From Octopus bimaculoides (Eukaryota): a stretch of DNA of 64,000 nt. The DNA is taken from the NCBI RefSeq assembly GCF_001194135.2, contig NC_068986.1:83825790-83889789 (forward strand), written 5' to 3'. Made by a program: the position numbers and the translations under genes. The notes beneath the pieces were generated by a model. That model was not told the origin of the DNA. It saw only the letters and a list, made by a program, of their open reading frames with translations, and ran no database searches. Of the stretch, positions 39,453 to 52,779 are shown piece after piece (the first letter of the stretch is position 1; each line of letters begins with the position of its first letter).

Positions 39453-39638
39453 GTAAGGCTTATTTAATTACACTCATTAGAGAAGAAAAACTTATATTTT
39501 TTTCATGGTGTAAGACGAAATAAAAAAAGTCCCCGAAACATAACAAAACAATTCAAAAAAAGATATATATTTAAAATATAGCGAATGATAATGTTTCTAA
39601 TTTTTGATAAATTATTAGTTTGCATTTGAATTTTTCAG

Positions 39639-40425
39639 AGTCACTAGGAAATCGAGCAAATCCAGTGTCATCAGGATTGGTAGCAACTCCTGAGTTTATT
39701 ACAGTATCTGGTTCAGATACTGCCTTTCAGTTGACTCCAACAAATGGTTTGCAGAGTTTCCAAGACATATCTGATGTGAATGATTCTTTGTTGGGAACAG
39801 TTGACACCAATGATATTTTACCACAGAACACGCTGCAAACGCAGGTTGATAGCCTTCTTGGAGGGGGCAATGATTTTTACATGTCATCTATGGACAACTT
39901 AGGAGGCAGCTTGCAGTCATCTTCATCTGATTATAAAAACCCTCATGATAGTGTGGTTATAATTAATTTGAGAGATTATGAGAAAACCAGTGTGAGTTCA
40001 TTATCAAGTCCTGGAACACCACCAGTCGATTCTCCGTCATCTCCCAATAACCTCATTATAGATGCAGATACACAGGCCTCGTTGATTCAGCGCTCTGAAA
40101 ACCTGAACCTGGAAACGATAGATGCCAACTCATTAACTCCCAACATGAGTGGTACAAGTGTTTTGTGGGGGGTTTTAGATGAGAGTGCTGTTGATGAATT
40201 GCCATGTAAAGCTCATAAGCCTGATAAAAATTCCGATGCGCCTTCCAGTCTCAGAGCTACTCATACCTCGGAAAGTGAAACCTTGGATGCTGATCGAATC
40301 ACTGCTATGACAGTAGCTGATTATACTATCTCAAAGATTGAACCTCAAACTTCAGGGGCTCAATTCACATTTGGTACGCAGTCATTTGCCACATCAGTAA
40401 CAAACACTGAGCTAAAGACCGCCAA
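39639..40425 (+). CDS. NFAT5: NFAT5 large N-terminal exon, Ser/Thr/Asp-rich, about 262 aa
   Basis: Longest non-repeat ORF in the window (39620-40429). Acceptor tttttcag|39639, donor aa|gtaagt at 40426. The phase-2 end joins 51303 as AA+G = Lys. Confidence 0.88.
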
Positions 40426-40817
40426 GTAAGTATCACTAGAGGTAATTTATTATTATTATTATCATCATCATCATCCTATTTTCAAATTTAGTAATGAAAA
40501 ACTGTTGATATTATCACCAAGTCCAAGCTTTCAGTGTATATATGTATACCAGAATAGTTTTATTTTAATGTCACTATGAAGCAAAGGAGTGGTTTTTCAG
40601 TAAGTAGATTAAAATATCAATGATCTTCCTCTTCTAAACTGTCATGTTCTACAATCTCTTAATCCAACTTGTAACGATCTTTCACTCATTCATTCACACT
40701 CTCTCTTACTCTCTCTTCCTCACTTCCTCCTTTTATCTCTCTCTCTCCCTCTCTTGATACACACACACACACACACGTGTATACATATAAATATATATGT
40801 ATCTATATATCTATCTA

Positions 40818-40863
<46 letters not shown>

Positions 40864-42358
40864 TGTTTACATACATGCACAAGCACAAGCATTCATCTTC
40901 TTTCTTCCCTCCCTCTTGGTTCCCAAATTTAGATTATAGGATTTTTAAAAAAATGGATCAATAAATACCTAAGAAATATTTAAGAAACAACTATCTTAAC
41001 TCAAGCAGCAGCAGTAGTAATAGTAATAGCAACACCAGCACCAACAAACAATGTTATAAGCCCTTGTTTCCATTAGCATGGAATAAAAAAGGATTAAAGA
41101 AGTGATTGTCATAAATAAGATTGCTTTATTTACATCTAGTAAATAGTTAACCCTTCAGTTCCATTAAATTTTTCATTACACACAAATGAAGCATATCTGT
41201 AAAAACACACACACATACATACATATGTATATCAATTTCATACACAACTGAAAGAGCTGATAATAGTTCATGTTGTTATGATACTAAGCATAATTATATG
41301 CCATGTATCTCCAAGCAATTTTTCAGGCTCTGTTTATACATAATATATCTTTAAAAAAACAAGGACACTAGACAATGCGAAAACAAGAAAAAACATGTTA
41401 GAAACATAAAGATGGTTAATATATGCGTGTGTATATGTATGTTTGTATATAAATATGTATGTGTGGATTGATGCATGTGTGAGTGTGTGTATATTTGTGT
41501 CTCGTCTTGACATGATATTATTTTTGTGAATGAACGCTGTTTATTTTCATTGTTCTGTTGAAACATAGCTGGTCATGAGGAAATATTACCTTATTTGAAA
41601 ACAAGTAAGGGTTTGCAGCAGGAAGGATATCCAACCTGCCTCAATAAGCTCCTTCCATTCCATGCAGGCATAGAAAAATAGACAGTAAAATGACAATGGT
41701 TCTTAGTTTATTGTTTAAGGTAATATCTCTCAGCCTTGATAGAGAACTCTATAACTAGAAAGCAAGGTGATTATATTGATATAGTAAATGTCACTGCAGC
41801 CATTATACTTCAGTTTAACTCCTCATGAACTCATCATGGCAAATTGAAGTGCAACAAGTAATTAAATATTTGACTGTAGAGTTTATTTATTCAGTATATG
41901 TATTGTGCAGGCATGATTGTGTAATTAAGAAGTTTTGCTTCTTGTTGACACAATTTTGGGCTCACTATCTTTCAGCATAGTTCTAGGTTGATGAAGCCTC
42001 ATTAGTGGATTTCATAGATGGAAACTGAAAAAAATCCAGTCTCTATATGTATGTATATGGAGTTATGTGTTTATGCCCCACCCCACAAGTCTTGACATTG
42101 CATCATATTTGCAAATAAGTGTCGCTGACATGCAAGTGTTAAAATTCACTTCCGATCTTCCATGAAAACATGCCCTGAAATGGGAAAATATTACTTTGCT
42201 TGGAAAAGTAGAGATTAAAACAATGAAACAGTGATGATTATGTGTTTATGCGTGAATGCATGTAGAAATAGCGAAAAAGAATAAAAGAATATGTAATAGA
42301 TATTCTTCATTCAAAGCTGATGAGTGACTGTGTTGCTACCCCAAATTTCTTGGTTTGT

Positions 42359-42404
<46 letters not shown>

Positions 42405-45213
42405 NNNNNNNNNNNNNNNNNNNNNNNNNNNNNNNNNNNNNNNNNNNNNNNNNNNNNNNNNNNNNNNNNNNNNNNNNNNNNNNNNNNNNNNNNNNNNNNN
42501 NNNNNNNNNNNNNNNNNNNNNNNNNNNNNNNNNNNNNNNNNNNNNNNNNNNNNNNNNNNNNNNNNNNNNNNNNNNNNNNNNNNNNNNNNNNNNNNNNNNN
42601 NNNNNNNNNNNNNNNNNNNNNNNNNNNNNNNNNNNNNNNNNNNNNNNNNNNNNNNNNNNNNNNNNNNNNNNNNNNNNNNNNNNNNNNNNNNNNNNNNNNN
42701 NNNNNNNNNNNNNNNNNNNNNNNNNNNNATATATATATATATATAATATATATATGTATATGTGCGTACATATATATACTCTGGACACACACACTCATGC
42801 CCACACATGCACATCCTGTAGCTTTGAGGTTTAGTCAATGTGCACTGCAGTATTTTATGGTTAGATACCCTACCTAAAGTTTTAACATCAGTTGTAACGA
42901 CTTGCTTGGCTGTGTTAATATCAACAGTTATAACAGTAGCAATCTGTAGCACATCTATCTGTTCACTAGTGCCAGCTCTATGGCCTGTATGTTTGTTATT
43001 ACTTGGCAACCAATACATCTTATCTACATGGGAACTATAAGCTGGTTTGTATTTCTACCTTACCTACACTTGGCTTGTTACACTGGGCTCTTTTAAGAAC
43101 AACATCAGATATTATCTATTTAAATATTGAACTTGACTCTTCATATCAATGCTGGGTGACACATGGATGGTGCAGTTAGTCAATTGAAATATTTTTTAGC
43201 AGAGAAAACCATACTTGAGTTTGGAAGATGTTAAACTTGTCTATGGAGTTTAATTCTTTAATTCAACTATTTCTCTCAGTCATCCAAATGTGAACTCATC
43301 AGTCATTAATTTTTATTTAACAAAAACTTGAATTTGTAGCAGTACAATGATAAACTACAAGATTTATATCTCTTGTGATAAAACTATTTTATTAAACTGA
43401 ATAATCTATTTTTATATAGTGATTTAATATGAAAAGCCTTGATTAAAAAAAATATTTGACAATTATATTTTATTGTTAAGACTATTTTTTTCTGAAGTTC
43501 ATCACATCCCTGCTGGTTGTTTTGAATTTCTACTTCAGAAACAGAAAATCAAACAGGGACATTACGCTTACATCAATTATTTGATTTCATTCAAATGTAG
43601 CCCTCTGAAAGTAATGTAACTAATTCAATGCACTAGTATTCTCCTGTCATGAGAAACTCTTCTTTCTTTTTGCAACCATTTTGCTGTTGTTCTGATTTCC
43701 CTGATTCAAGGATTCATGCTTGCTGCATGCAAAATATACAATTTATCAATGAGTTATTTTGCCATTCTTCATAAAGATGTAAGCTGTGGTTTTAACAGGC
43801 AATGATATAAATTTTAACAACTTTTGTGAATAGCCCAGATAATAAAATTAAGATTTCAAGCATTGTAATGAATAGTTGACATCATTTGAGAATTCATCTG
43901 AGAAGATAATGATTTTACAGGTCTTTACCAGCATAAGACCTTTCTTCCTCAATTTACGTTGTTTGTTATCAATCAATTCCATGTTGTATCTATTAAGGAA
44001 TAAAAGAATATTTACACAATCTTTCTTTGGAAACTTTTTAATAATAACCTTCTGTGTATCCAATCCACAGCAGTTAGATAGACTCTAATGGAATTACCAA
44101 GAAACAAGAAAAAGATGACAAAATACCAAACAGTGATAAAACTAATTTAAAAAAAAATCTTATTAATATTTTCACCACTATCATCATTATTATTGTTGTT
44201 GTTATTATATTATTCAAAATATTTGCATACATACATATTTATTTATGTATATATATAATTGGTCAGTTGTTCATAAGTTCGTAAAAAGGTACACTCAAAA
44301 AAGTATTTTTGAGCAGTAATATTTGATGTAGTAATTGGTTATGGCCAGTCAGAAAGTTACCATTGGTTTCATGTCTATTTTTGCTTTTAGCAATATAGGC
44401 GACTTATCAGACCTGCTGGCCAGAAACCAGACCAGCTACAACCAAAGACTACATAAAATATAATATATATATTTATATATATATATATATATTTGTAATG
44501 TTCTATAACCATGTTAGATTTGATGGTTTCTAAGAATTTTCGATAAGTTAATTTTTATTATTAGTACTGAGAGGTGAAAACATCAAGTTTGATTTCCATA
44601 CAAAAGTACTTCAAAAAGACAAGCCTTTCTTGTTGTATATACACCATATATTCATTTGCAGTTGTGTCTCTAGACTATGTCATGTTTCACATGAGCCAGA
44701 TCTTTCAGTACAATTATAAGGAGCTGTTATGAATGTATACATATATATATGCACTCCATGCATACATTTGCACTGAGTAGAGCAAACAGTGCCTTTTTGT
44801 TGCTTTCTTTTATGCTTATCAGTTATTAATCTTCCAACAGTAAACAGCTTTTATGTCTTTGATTCCAACATCAATGTAATTATATAATTCCAGTAGTTAT
44901 TTTAATTAAATTATTCTCACACCAGGTTTGAAGAAGACCCCACAAATGCTTGGAAAATCAATGCTTATTGAATTTCAATTATCTAATTATTAAAAAGGAA
45001 ATTCATATAAGTGATAATTATTGGTGACAATTTTGCATTACTCACAAGCATACCACATGCAACTTATATTATTGACAATATGATCTAGAGTCACAAATTC
45101 TTCATTTAGGAAATATTACCAAACTTCAAAGAATTTTTCTGTTCTATATATGTCTTTTTTACTTATCTTTTATTTATATATTTTTCCCAAAAATTATTTG
45201 TTTATGAGTTGGG

Positions 45214-45244
<31 letters not shown>

Positions 45245-45254
45245 ACACACACAC

Positions 45255-45310
<56 letters not shown>

Positions 45311-46328
45311 TATGCACACACTGAGGTTTACACTGCAGAACATTCTTTTCATTAGCTATCAGTTGGTGATGACAATATCTTTCTCACCAGTTGTGCTGAG
45401 CAGCATTGATGCTTCCAGGGAATGTCAGATTCTTTTCCCCCAATATAATATATATATTGAAATATATAATAAATATGTATGTAAGCAAACAGTAGTACTG
45501 AAGAATAAAATAAATGGAGTCACGCAGGAATTGGTTAAAACCAAAGTATGGTATGATCAGGCTATGTAATTATTTTGTGAAGTTTCAGTATGCTTTAGAA
45601 ACCTTATATATTAATGTATTGAAAAGACAGGCAAGAGGCTACAGTATTAGACTATTTGCTCCTGGTACATAAGTTTGAGTCACTGCTGATGTGTTACTGA
45701 GCAGAATCCTTTATTTGTCCATTATATCAGTTCACTTATCTCCCAACAATGAGTACCAGATTGCAGTCAGAAACACTTTATACTTATCCTGTTCTAGCCT
45801 TGGGACAGCAATGTGTGGATGCCACTTAGCTGACCAGGCTTTATGTTTGTTCCCTATATAACTGCATCAGAGTGAAGATGCATCCTCTTCCATGTTGTTC
45901 AGTTAATTAACTATAGAACTAATGTTTTTATTGTATGCCAACTAATTAATTTGTTAACAAGTTAAGATTTTGTTTTCTAAGAAGGAAACATTTACATAAT
46001 AAATAATAAATAAGCATGTGTGTAAACTAAAATGGGACAGAATACAGAAGAAAAAAACAGAAAGAGTGCAGAGAGCCATCTATTCATGTACATGCTTATA
46101 TCAATGCATGCACACACACTGATTTATAATTTAGAAAAAGATTTAACTCTATGAAGAATTATTATTTCTATTGTAATTAAAGATTATTAATAAAAGAAAA
46201 AGGCTATTATTTTTATTTTTTATTAATCTCTATATTCTTGTTAATGTTTTTTTTTACCTCTATTCTCTGTATTACCCTGAAAATCTTACTAACTTTATCA
46301 TCATTTACAGCTTAATATTTGATTACAG

Positions 46329-46380
<52 letters not shown>

Positions 46381-46445
46381 ACACACATTCTATGGGAATA
46401 TGGCATTGTCTTAGAAATATATTCATTGAATTGTTAAATTAACAT

Positions 46446-46993
46446 TAATAATAATAATGATTTCTTACCAAGGCACAAAGCTAGAAATTTTGGGATGAAG
46501 GAACAGTCAATTTCATTCTACCTCAGTACTTGACTGGTACTTATTTTAGTGAGTGATGAAAGACACAGTCAACCTCAAAGAGATTTGAACTCAGACCATA
46601 AAGAGCTGTAACTAAATACTGAAAGGCATTTTCTCCAACTCTCCAATGATTCTGCCAACCCACCAACCAATGATAATTTATAAATACGTATATTGTTGAT
46701 GTTCGTACTTTATCCTGTGAACTTGTCTTGAGGTAGTAGTAGTGGTGGTGGTGGTGGTAATGGTTTCAAATTATGACACAAGGCCAGTAATTTGGGAGTA
46801 GGTAGTTAATTCCATCACCCCTTGTACTTGACTAGTACTTTATTTTATTGACCCTGAAAGGATGAAAAACAAAGTCAGCCTTGGTAGAATTTGAATTCAG
46901 AGCTTAAAGGGCTAGAAGAAAAGCCACTAAGCATTTTGTCGGATGCACTTATGATTCAATCAGCTTACTGCCTTAATAATGATGATGATGATG

Positions 46994-47053
<60 letters not shown>

Positions 47054-47526
47054 TGGGATAATATCAGAAGGCATCAAGGAATATAAAGAAAACCAGAATA
47101 GAGTGCCCAGTAGAACTGTTACAAAAGGTTTGTCTCCTTGGCACAGCCAGACTAATCAGGAAAGTATTAGATAGCTGAAAAGAACAGATAGCATGGTATT
47201 GTAGGCTACAGGCAGCAAGCCCGCTACACATGCAAGACTCCAGGAGTTCCAGCAAAACCTGAGTTAAAAATAATAATAATAATAATAAGCCTTTCTATGA
47301 TAGGCACAAGGTCTGAAATTTGGGTGAGTGGGGCAGTCGATTACATCAACCCCAATGTTTCACTTCTACTTAATTTATCAACCCCGAAAGGACGAAAGGC
47401 AAAGTTGACCTTAGCAGAATTTGAATTGGGATCATAAAGACGGATGAAATGCTGCTAAGCATTTTACCCAGCATACTAACAGTTCTGCCAGTTCGCTGCC
47501 TTGCTAATGATTTTGCCAGCTCAGTA

Positions 47527-47566
<40 letters not shown>

Positions 47567-47979
47567 TAATAATGGTTTCAAATTTGGGGATTGTGGGATT
47601 AGCCAATTACATCAACCTCACTACTTAAATGTTCTCTTATTTTATTGAATGTGGAAAAGATGAGAGGCAAAGTTGGTTTTGACAGGATTTGAACTAAGAA
47701 TGTATAAGATTCAGAAGAAATGCCTGTTGCTAAGCATTTTGTCCAACACGCTAATGGTTTTGCTAGCTTGTCACATTTGAATTTTGGTACTAGACTAGCA
47801 TTGTTAGGATTTGTCAATTACATGGACCCCAGTACTCAACTGCTACATTTTTTATCAACCCCAAAAGGATGAAAAGCGAAGTAAACCTCATTGGCATTTG
47901 AACTCAAAATGGAAAGAACCGAAAGATATACTGCTAAACATCTTGTCTGTTGTGCTAACAATTCTACCAGCTTGTCACC

Positions 47980-48023
<44 letters not shown>

Positions 48024-48235
48024 CCTTTCTAGTATAGGCACAAGGCCTGAAGTTTGTGGGGAGGGACTAAGTCGATTACATTGACCACAGTGCTCAACTG
48101 GTACTCATTTCATCAGTCCCGAAAGGATGAAAGACAAAATCGACTTGGGTGGGATTTGAACTCATAACGTAAAGATAGACAAAATATCCCTAAGCATTTT
48201 GTCTGGTGTGCTAACAATTCTGCCAGCTCGCCACC

Positions 48236-48281
<46 letters not shown>

Positions 48282-48385
48282 TAATAATAATAATAATTCT
48301 TTCTACTATGAGCACAAGACTTGAAATTTAAGTGATGAGGTTAGTCAGTTTCAAAGACCTCAGTGCCTAACTGGTATTTACTGGT
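46446..48385 (-). mobile_element. Array of about seven SINE family B copies, mostly separated by (AAT)n tracts
   Basis: Copies at about 46446-46665, 46755-46975, 47289-47502, 47573-47778, 47779-47981, 48024-48237 and 48298-48385 (partial). Minus-strand head aaggtggcgagctggcagaattg..gagttcaaat, core ctttcatcctttcggg..ataaaataagtaccag, tail (ATT)n. Confidence 0.85.
47051..47270 (+). mobile_element. R4/Dong-like 3' fragment inside the SINE array
   Basis: VELLQKVCLLGTARLIRKVLDS* (47110-47178) plus a 3' UTR matching the reverse complement of about 21060-21145. Flanked by (AAT)n on both sides. Confidence 0.85.
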
Positions 48386-48399
48386 CTGGCTTAAAAAAT

Positions 48400-48900
48400 C
48401 TGTCTTTCCTGAGTCCATAGTATTGAAACTGAGATCTCTTAATGCTGAGAAGTAACAGCTTGACCTGGAGGGACTACCTTATCTCTAAACTATGCATCTT
48501 GTTGAGTAACATTATTCCTGAGATCTTTCAGAAGAACCCCATTTTGGCTGCTTGTATTTGGAATTGTATTCTTTTGGTCCATTGCCCAACTTTCTGTCTA
48601 TACTATCTTCAATATGATTATAATTCTAAATACCAGTCTCCTCAACACTGTAATAATAGATGGAAGATTTTAGATGACATTATTCATTAGTCCCATTCTC
48701 TTAGTCTGTTCAGATGACTGAACTCTCTATCATGAAACAATAAAATCAAGATTAGTTTCAAAAAGTATTTCTCATCTCTTTCTTTATGAACTCATCTGAA
48801 GATACCCAAATCATACTTTCCAACACTCCTTAACTAATAACTGTTTTACATCTGCGTTTCATTTCTCCCAACTATCCAGATCCCTTCTCCATTCACTTTT
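48400..48900 (-). mobile_element. Decayed RTE-clade LINE fragment
   Basis: Minus strand IQAAKMGFF*KISGIMLLNKMHSLEIR*SLQVKLLLLSIKRSQFQYYG resembles the RTE motif IQAAEM.FLRRI.G..L.IERSQLRWFGH. Confidence 0.68.
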
Positions 48901-51186
48901 TCAACTATTTCTTCATAGTACTATATCCTTTTGGAAGTTTTCTTGTCACCTATGCTCTCTTCCATTGGCTAACATACCTGCAACAGTTTAAGCTAGACAT
49001 CAGCAACAGTAACCTCACCCAGGTTTTCTAACTCTCCATCTCTCTTTTAAGGGTCATGGTTCTATTTTTCCTTTTAAAAATATGATTGTTATCACTTCTT
49101 TTCAGACTGACAAATGGGAAGAAGTGACTTTTAGTGGCACAATTTACTCTTATAAATGTTAATCTGAGAATTTTTTTCTGTGAGAGTGTGTGGTGATTGT
49201 TTTAGATTTCAGGTTTTAAAAGATTATTTTATTTTTTATCTTTTTTTAGTTCAGTATCTCTTTAACAAATGTTATGACCCTTTTAGGGTCAAAAGTCATA
49301 AGATTAATAACAATGGAGAACTAGGGTAGATATATAGTTGGCTTTACTCTACTCCAACAGTTCTTACCTCATGTCTATGTCAGATATCATTATTATGATT
49401 TCCGTTCGGGCTACAAAATATTGCTGATGATGGACAACTTAGCTATACCCCCATTGTCCTGAATTCAAATCCTACAGAGGTTGTCCTGTTCTTTGGGGAA
49501 GATAAAATAAATATCATTTAGATGTTGATATCCTTTGCAATCATTAGTACTCCTCCAAGGAGCCAAGTTTGCAATTCAGCTTTAATTTCCAGTTGTAATT
49601 CATTTCAGTCCCCCTACATGCTTCATGCACTTCAGAAAGGCATAAATGCAAACTCATTTTCGCACACCCTGATTATTTCGAAACTATGCTATGAAAGGGA
49701 TCAAGATTTGAAGTCACTAATGTATTTTTCACTACGGTGAAAGGATCTCATACTCTCTGTCTTATATAACAAGGGTAAGATCCAGGGATCCAAGTGTAGG
49801 TCGTTTGTAAGCTTTAAGCAGTCTGTGGTAGGTTTAGAGAACAAAAAGTGGATAGCATATGATAAAGAGCAATAACAATTTATTGACATCAAATATTATG
49901 CACTTTTTCTCATATCAAAGTTATGAGGGAATTCGATAAACTGAGACTTTCTTTACAGCTCACAGTTAGCAACTAGAACTGCTGCAAATATGAATAAAAA
50001 TTCAAATCGTGGGAGTAGAATAGGTAAAATGCAGACTACATATGTTTCTTAGCTAGCTGATATTGTGATGTAATAATTATTCAATGAGGGGGTGCTCAAT
50101 TTAGCTAAACATCAGACTGAGAATTACTTTAATTGAATGAAGGCTACATTATTGCTTGGAATTTTCAAGTTAACTCACTGTAGATGTGAATTCATGCATG
50201 TAGACTCTCTGGCTAATAATATTGGTTGTTATAGCTAGAGTTCAATCACTTGGAATGTACTGGTACAAGTATAGTTGTGTGTTTAAGAATTTTGCTTCAC
50301 AGCTATGTGGTTTCAGGTTCAATTTCACTGCTTGATACTTCAGAAAATATCACCTCCCATAGCCTTAGTTTAAAAAAGCTTTTTGAGTGAAATTTTGTGG
50401 ATTAAAACTGTATAATATCCTGTACATCTTTTAGTTATCTCTATCTGTATTTTCAGTTCAAATCCTATAAATGTTAACTTTTGTCTTTCTACTCTTCAAG
50501 AGTCATTACATTAAATTAAGTACCAATTAATCATAATAGGTTGGCTCCTGAGGGGAACAGCATGTTAAGATAAAAATTTGCTTGGTTCAAATCTTGCACA
50601 GATTGAATGTGTCCTTCATCATTTCGAAATCAGTAATTATATATAGCAGTGATTTACTGATGCATATTTAGTCAACTATATTTTCTTTAAAAAAAAAAAA
50701 AACATGCCTAAGTGTCTGGTAATGAACAAACAAATCAATTGGTGTATTTGTGCAATGTATATATGTGTGTGTGTATACTTTATCTTTTAAATTAATTCAT
50801 TTTAATCTATTAACACACCTCATAGTTGTTACCTTAATTAGAAATTTCAGTTATTGTGATTAAATCAAAATAATTATTGATTATATAGTAGGAAATATTA
50901 TATAGTTGGAATTCTTTCCATGTATATGTATATGAAAACAGTCAATGAATTCATTCTATCATTACTTGGAGTTTCACTCAGGCACACAGGTGAGGTATGT
51001 GGCTGCAATCTTTCAGGCCATGTTTTGTAAAATTCCTGAATATCATCTGAAGGATTGCAGCTTATAACACACTTGTACCTGTATAACTTAGTAGCAATGA
51101 AATGAATTCCCTGGCTATTTTCCAATAAATGCATATTTCAGTTCATGTATGTAGTGCTCTTTTACCTGTTTGTATACATAAATGTT

Positions 51187-51224
<38 letters not shown>

Positions 51225-51302
51225 TATATAGAAATACAGAGAAAGATGTATATATATATATAAATATATGTATGTATTTTATTTCTCTCCATTATCTTGT
51301 AG

Positions 51303-51540
51303 GGTTTCTTCAGTACCATCAGTCCTTAAACATGAGACGTCTCCGAAAGTTAATGCAGGGTCACGACCCCAGCGCAAGTCCAAAGAACACAGTTTGAGCA
51401 CACAGTTTCCACCTAAATCACATGGCTTTGAATTGCTTATTCTTGAACAGCCAGAAGAGCAGCACCGAGCTAGATACATGACTGAGGGTAGCCGTGGAGC
51501 AGTGAAGGATCGATCACAGCAAGGCCACCCAGTTGTTCAG
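51303..51540 (+). CDS. NFAT5: NFAT5 exon, start of the Rel homology DNA-binding domain
   Basis: Encodes [37 protein letters not shown], matching the NFAT5 recognition loop (human [21 protein letters not shown]). Acceptor ttgtag|, donor cag|gtaacc. Confidence 0.97.
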
Positions 51541-52312
51541 GTAACCATAGTTAATACTATATTACTTATCACTGTGCTCTGCCCCAGTTTTGCTAACACA
51601 TTGCATGATGTAGTCTACTTACTTTCTTTGCCATTAGAGATAACGTTGTAACTAGAATAGTTTCTAGTATGTGTATAAAGTACAGCAATTGCTTGCAGCA
51701 TGAATATGGCAGTGCTTCGTATTTATATGTAGAGGTGCTTAATGTTATATATCATCAGATACATATCTGTATATGATTGTCTAAGAATCCATAAGTCAGA
51801 AATAATAGCCACTTTTATATTTATCAACAGAGTGGGTATATTAATCAAAGTATACAGTATTATAAATCCATTATAGCCAATCTTACCAATCAGTTTCATA
51901 CCAGTTATTATTAGGTATCTAGATGGTTATCTAACAACTGTGCTCATCAGAAATGGAAGGTGTGAACAAAATGGCAGCTTCTCTCTGTTACTGGAAGTGA
52001 ATAAGTCTCACATCCACTTTGTGGCTACTGCTATTTCTCCTAGTAGAGAAATGTATTTTATATCTCTCATAGCTAAGAAGCAGTCTTCCTTGGTGAAGAC
52101 TGTTTCTTAGGCATAGCATATTCACAGTACAAGATCCATGCGTTGCACCCAGCCCAGCCATTTTGAAGAGTTACACCATGCTGTAGATCTGATCAGAGTT
52201 GGCCACAATGGCACAAGAACAAACAACAATAATGATATTGTACTTCTGTATTTTTTGTTTTTGCTGTTCTTTTTAATACTTTTTATCTGTTGCTATCTGA
52301 TTAATTTTTCAG

Positions 52313-52503
52313 CTTGTCGGTCCAGTCCAATCTGCCATTCTTCAGGTTTTTGTTGGAACTGACACGGGTAAAGTGAAGCCACATCCATTTTATCAAGCCT
52401 GCAAAGTCTCTGGCAAAAATTCAACACCATGTATTGAGAAGGATATTGACAGTACCACAACCATTGAAATTGAACTCTCTTCTACAAATAACTTGATTGC
52501 CAG
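52313..52503 (+). CDS. NFAT5: NFAT5 RHD exon
   Basis: Encodes LVGPVQSAILQVFVGTDTGKVKPHPFYQACKVSGKNSTPCIEKDIDSTTTIEIELSSTNNLIA (human [31 protein letters not shown]). Acceptor tttttcag|, donor ag|gtatga, phase 0-2. Confidence 0.97.
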
Positions 52504-52779
52504 GTATGAATGCATTATTATTTTTGTTGTTCCACTTGAAATAGAGAGTGAGAGTAAGAAGGAAGCTACTATCCTCTAGAAAATTTGATTATCTGGGGAT
52601 GCAAGAGGACCAGTTCTTCAATTCTGCCAAGAAATTGCAATCGAGAGAAGAACTGCCCAGAGCATGAGCTGGGGTCATGGGCTTTATGTTCCCTGATCTT
52701 TTGTAGGTGGAGGTTCTTACCCTATTGTAGGTACTGTTGTTTTATATTATATTATAATTTGTTTTTCATGTTGCAATAC

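Noticed and set aside
44376-44445. Possible extra exon after tttttgcttttag
   Set aside because: The frame runs into a stop with no donor, and exons 40425 and 51303 already join in frame.
46446-48385. CRISPR-like regular array
   Set aside because: Eukaryotic context. The units are diverged SINEs of about 200 bp with microsatellite spacers, and there are no cas genes.
51450-51510. Assignment to calcineurin-regulated NFATc
   Set aside because: The loop [11 protein letters not shown] and [14 protein letters not shown] match NFAT5 (NFATc has RAHYETEGSRG), and no PxIxIT motif was seen.
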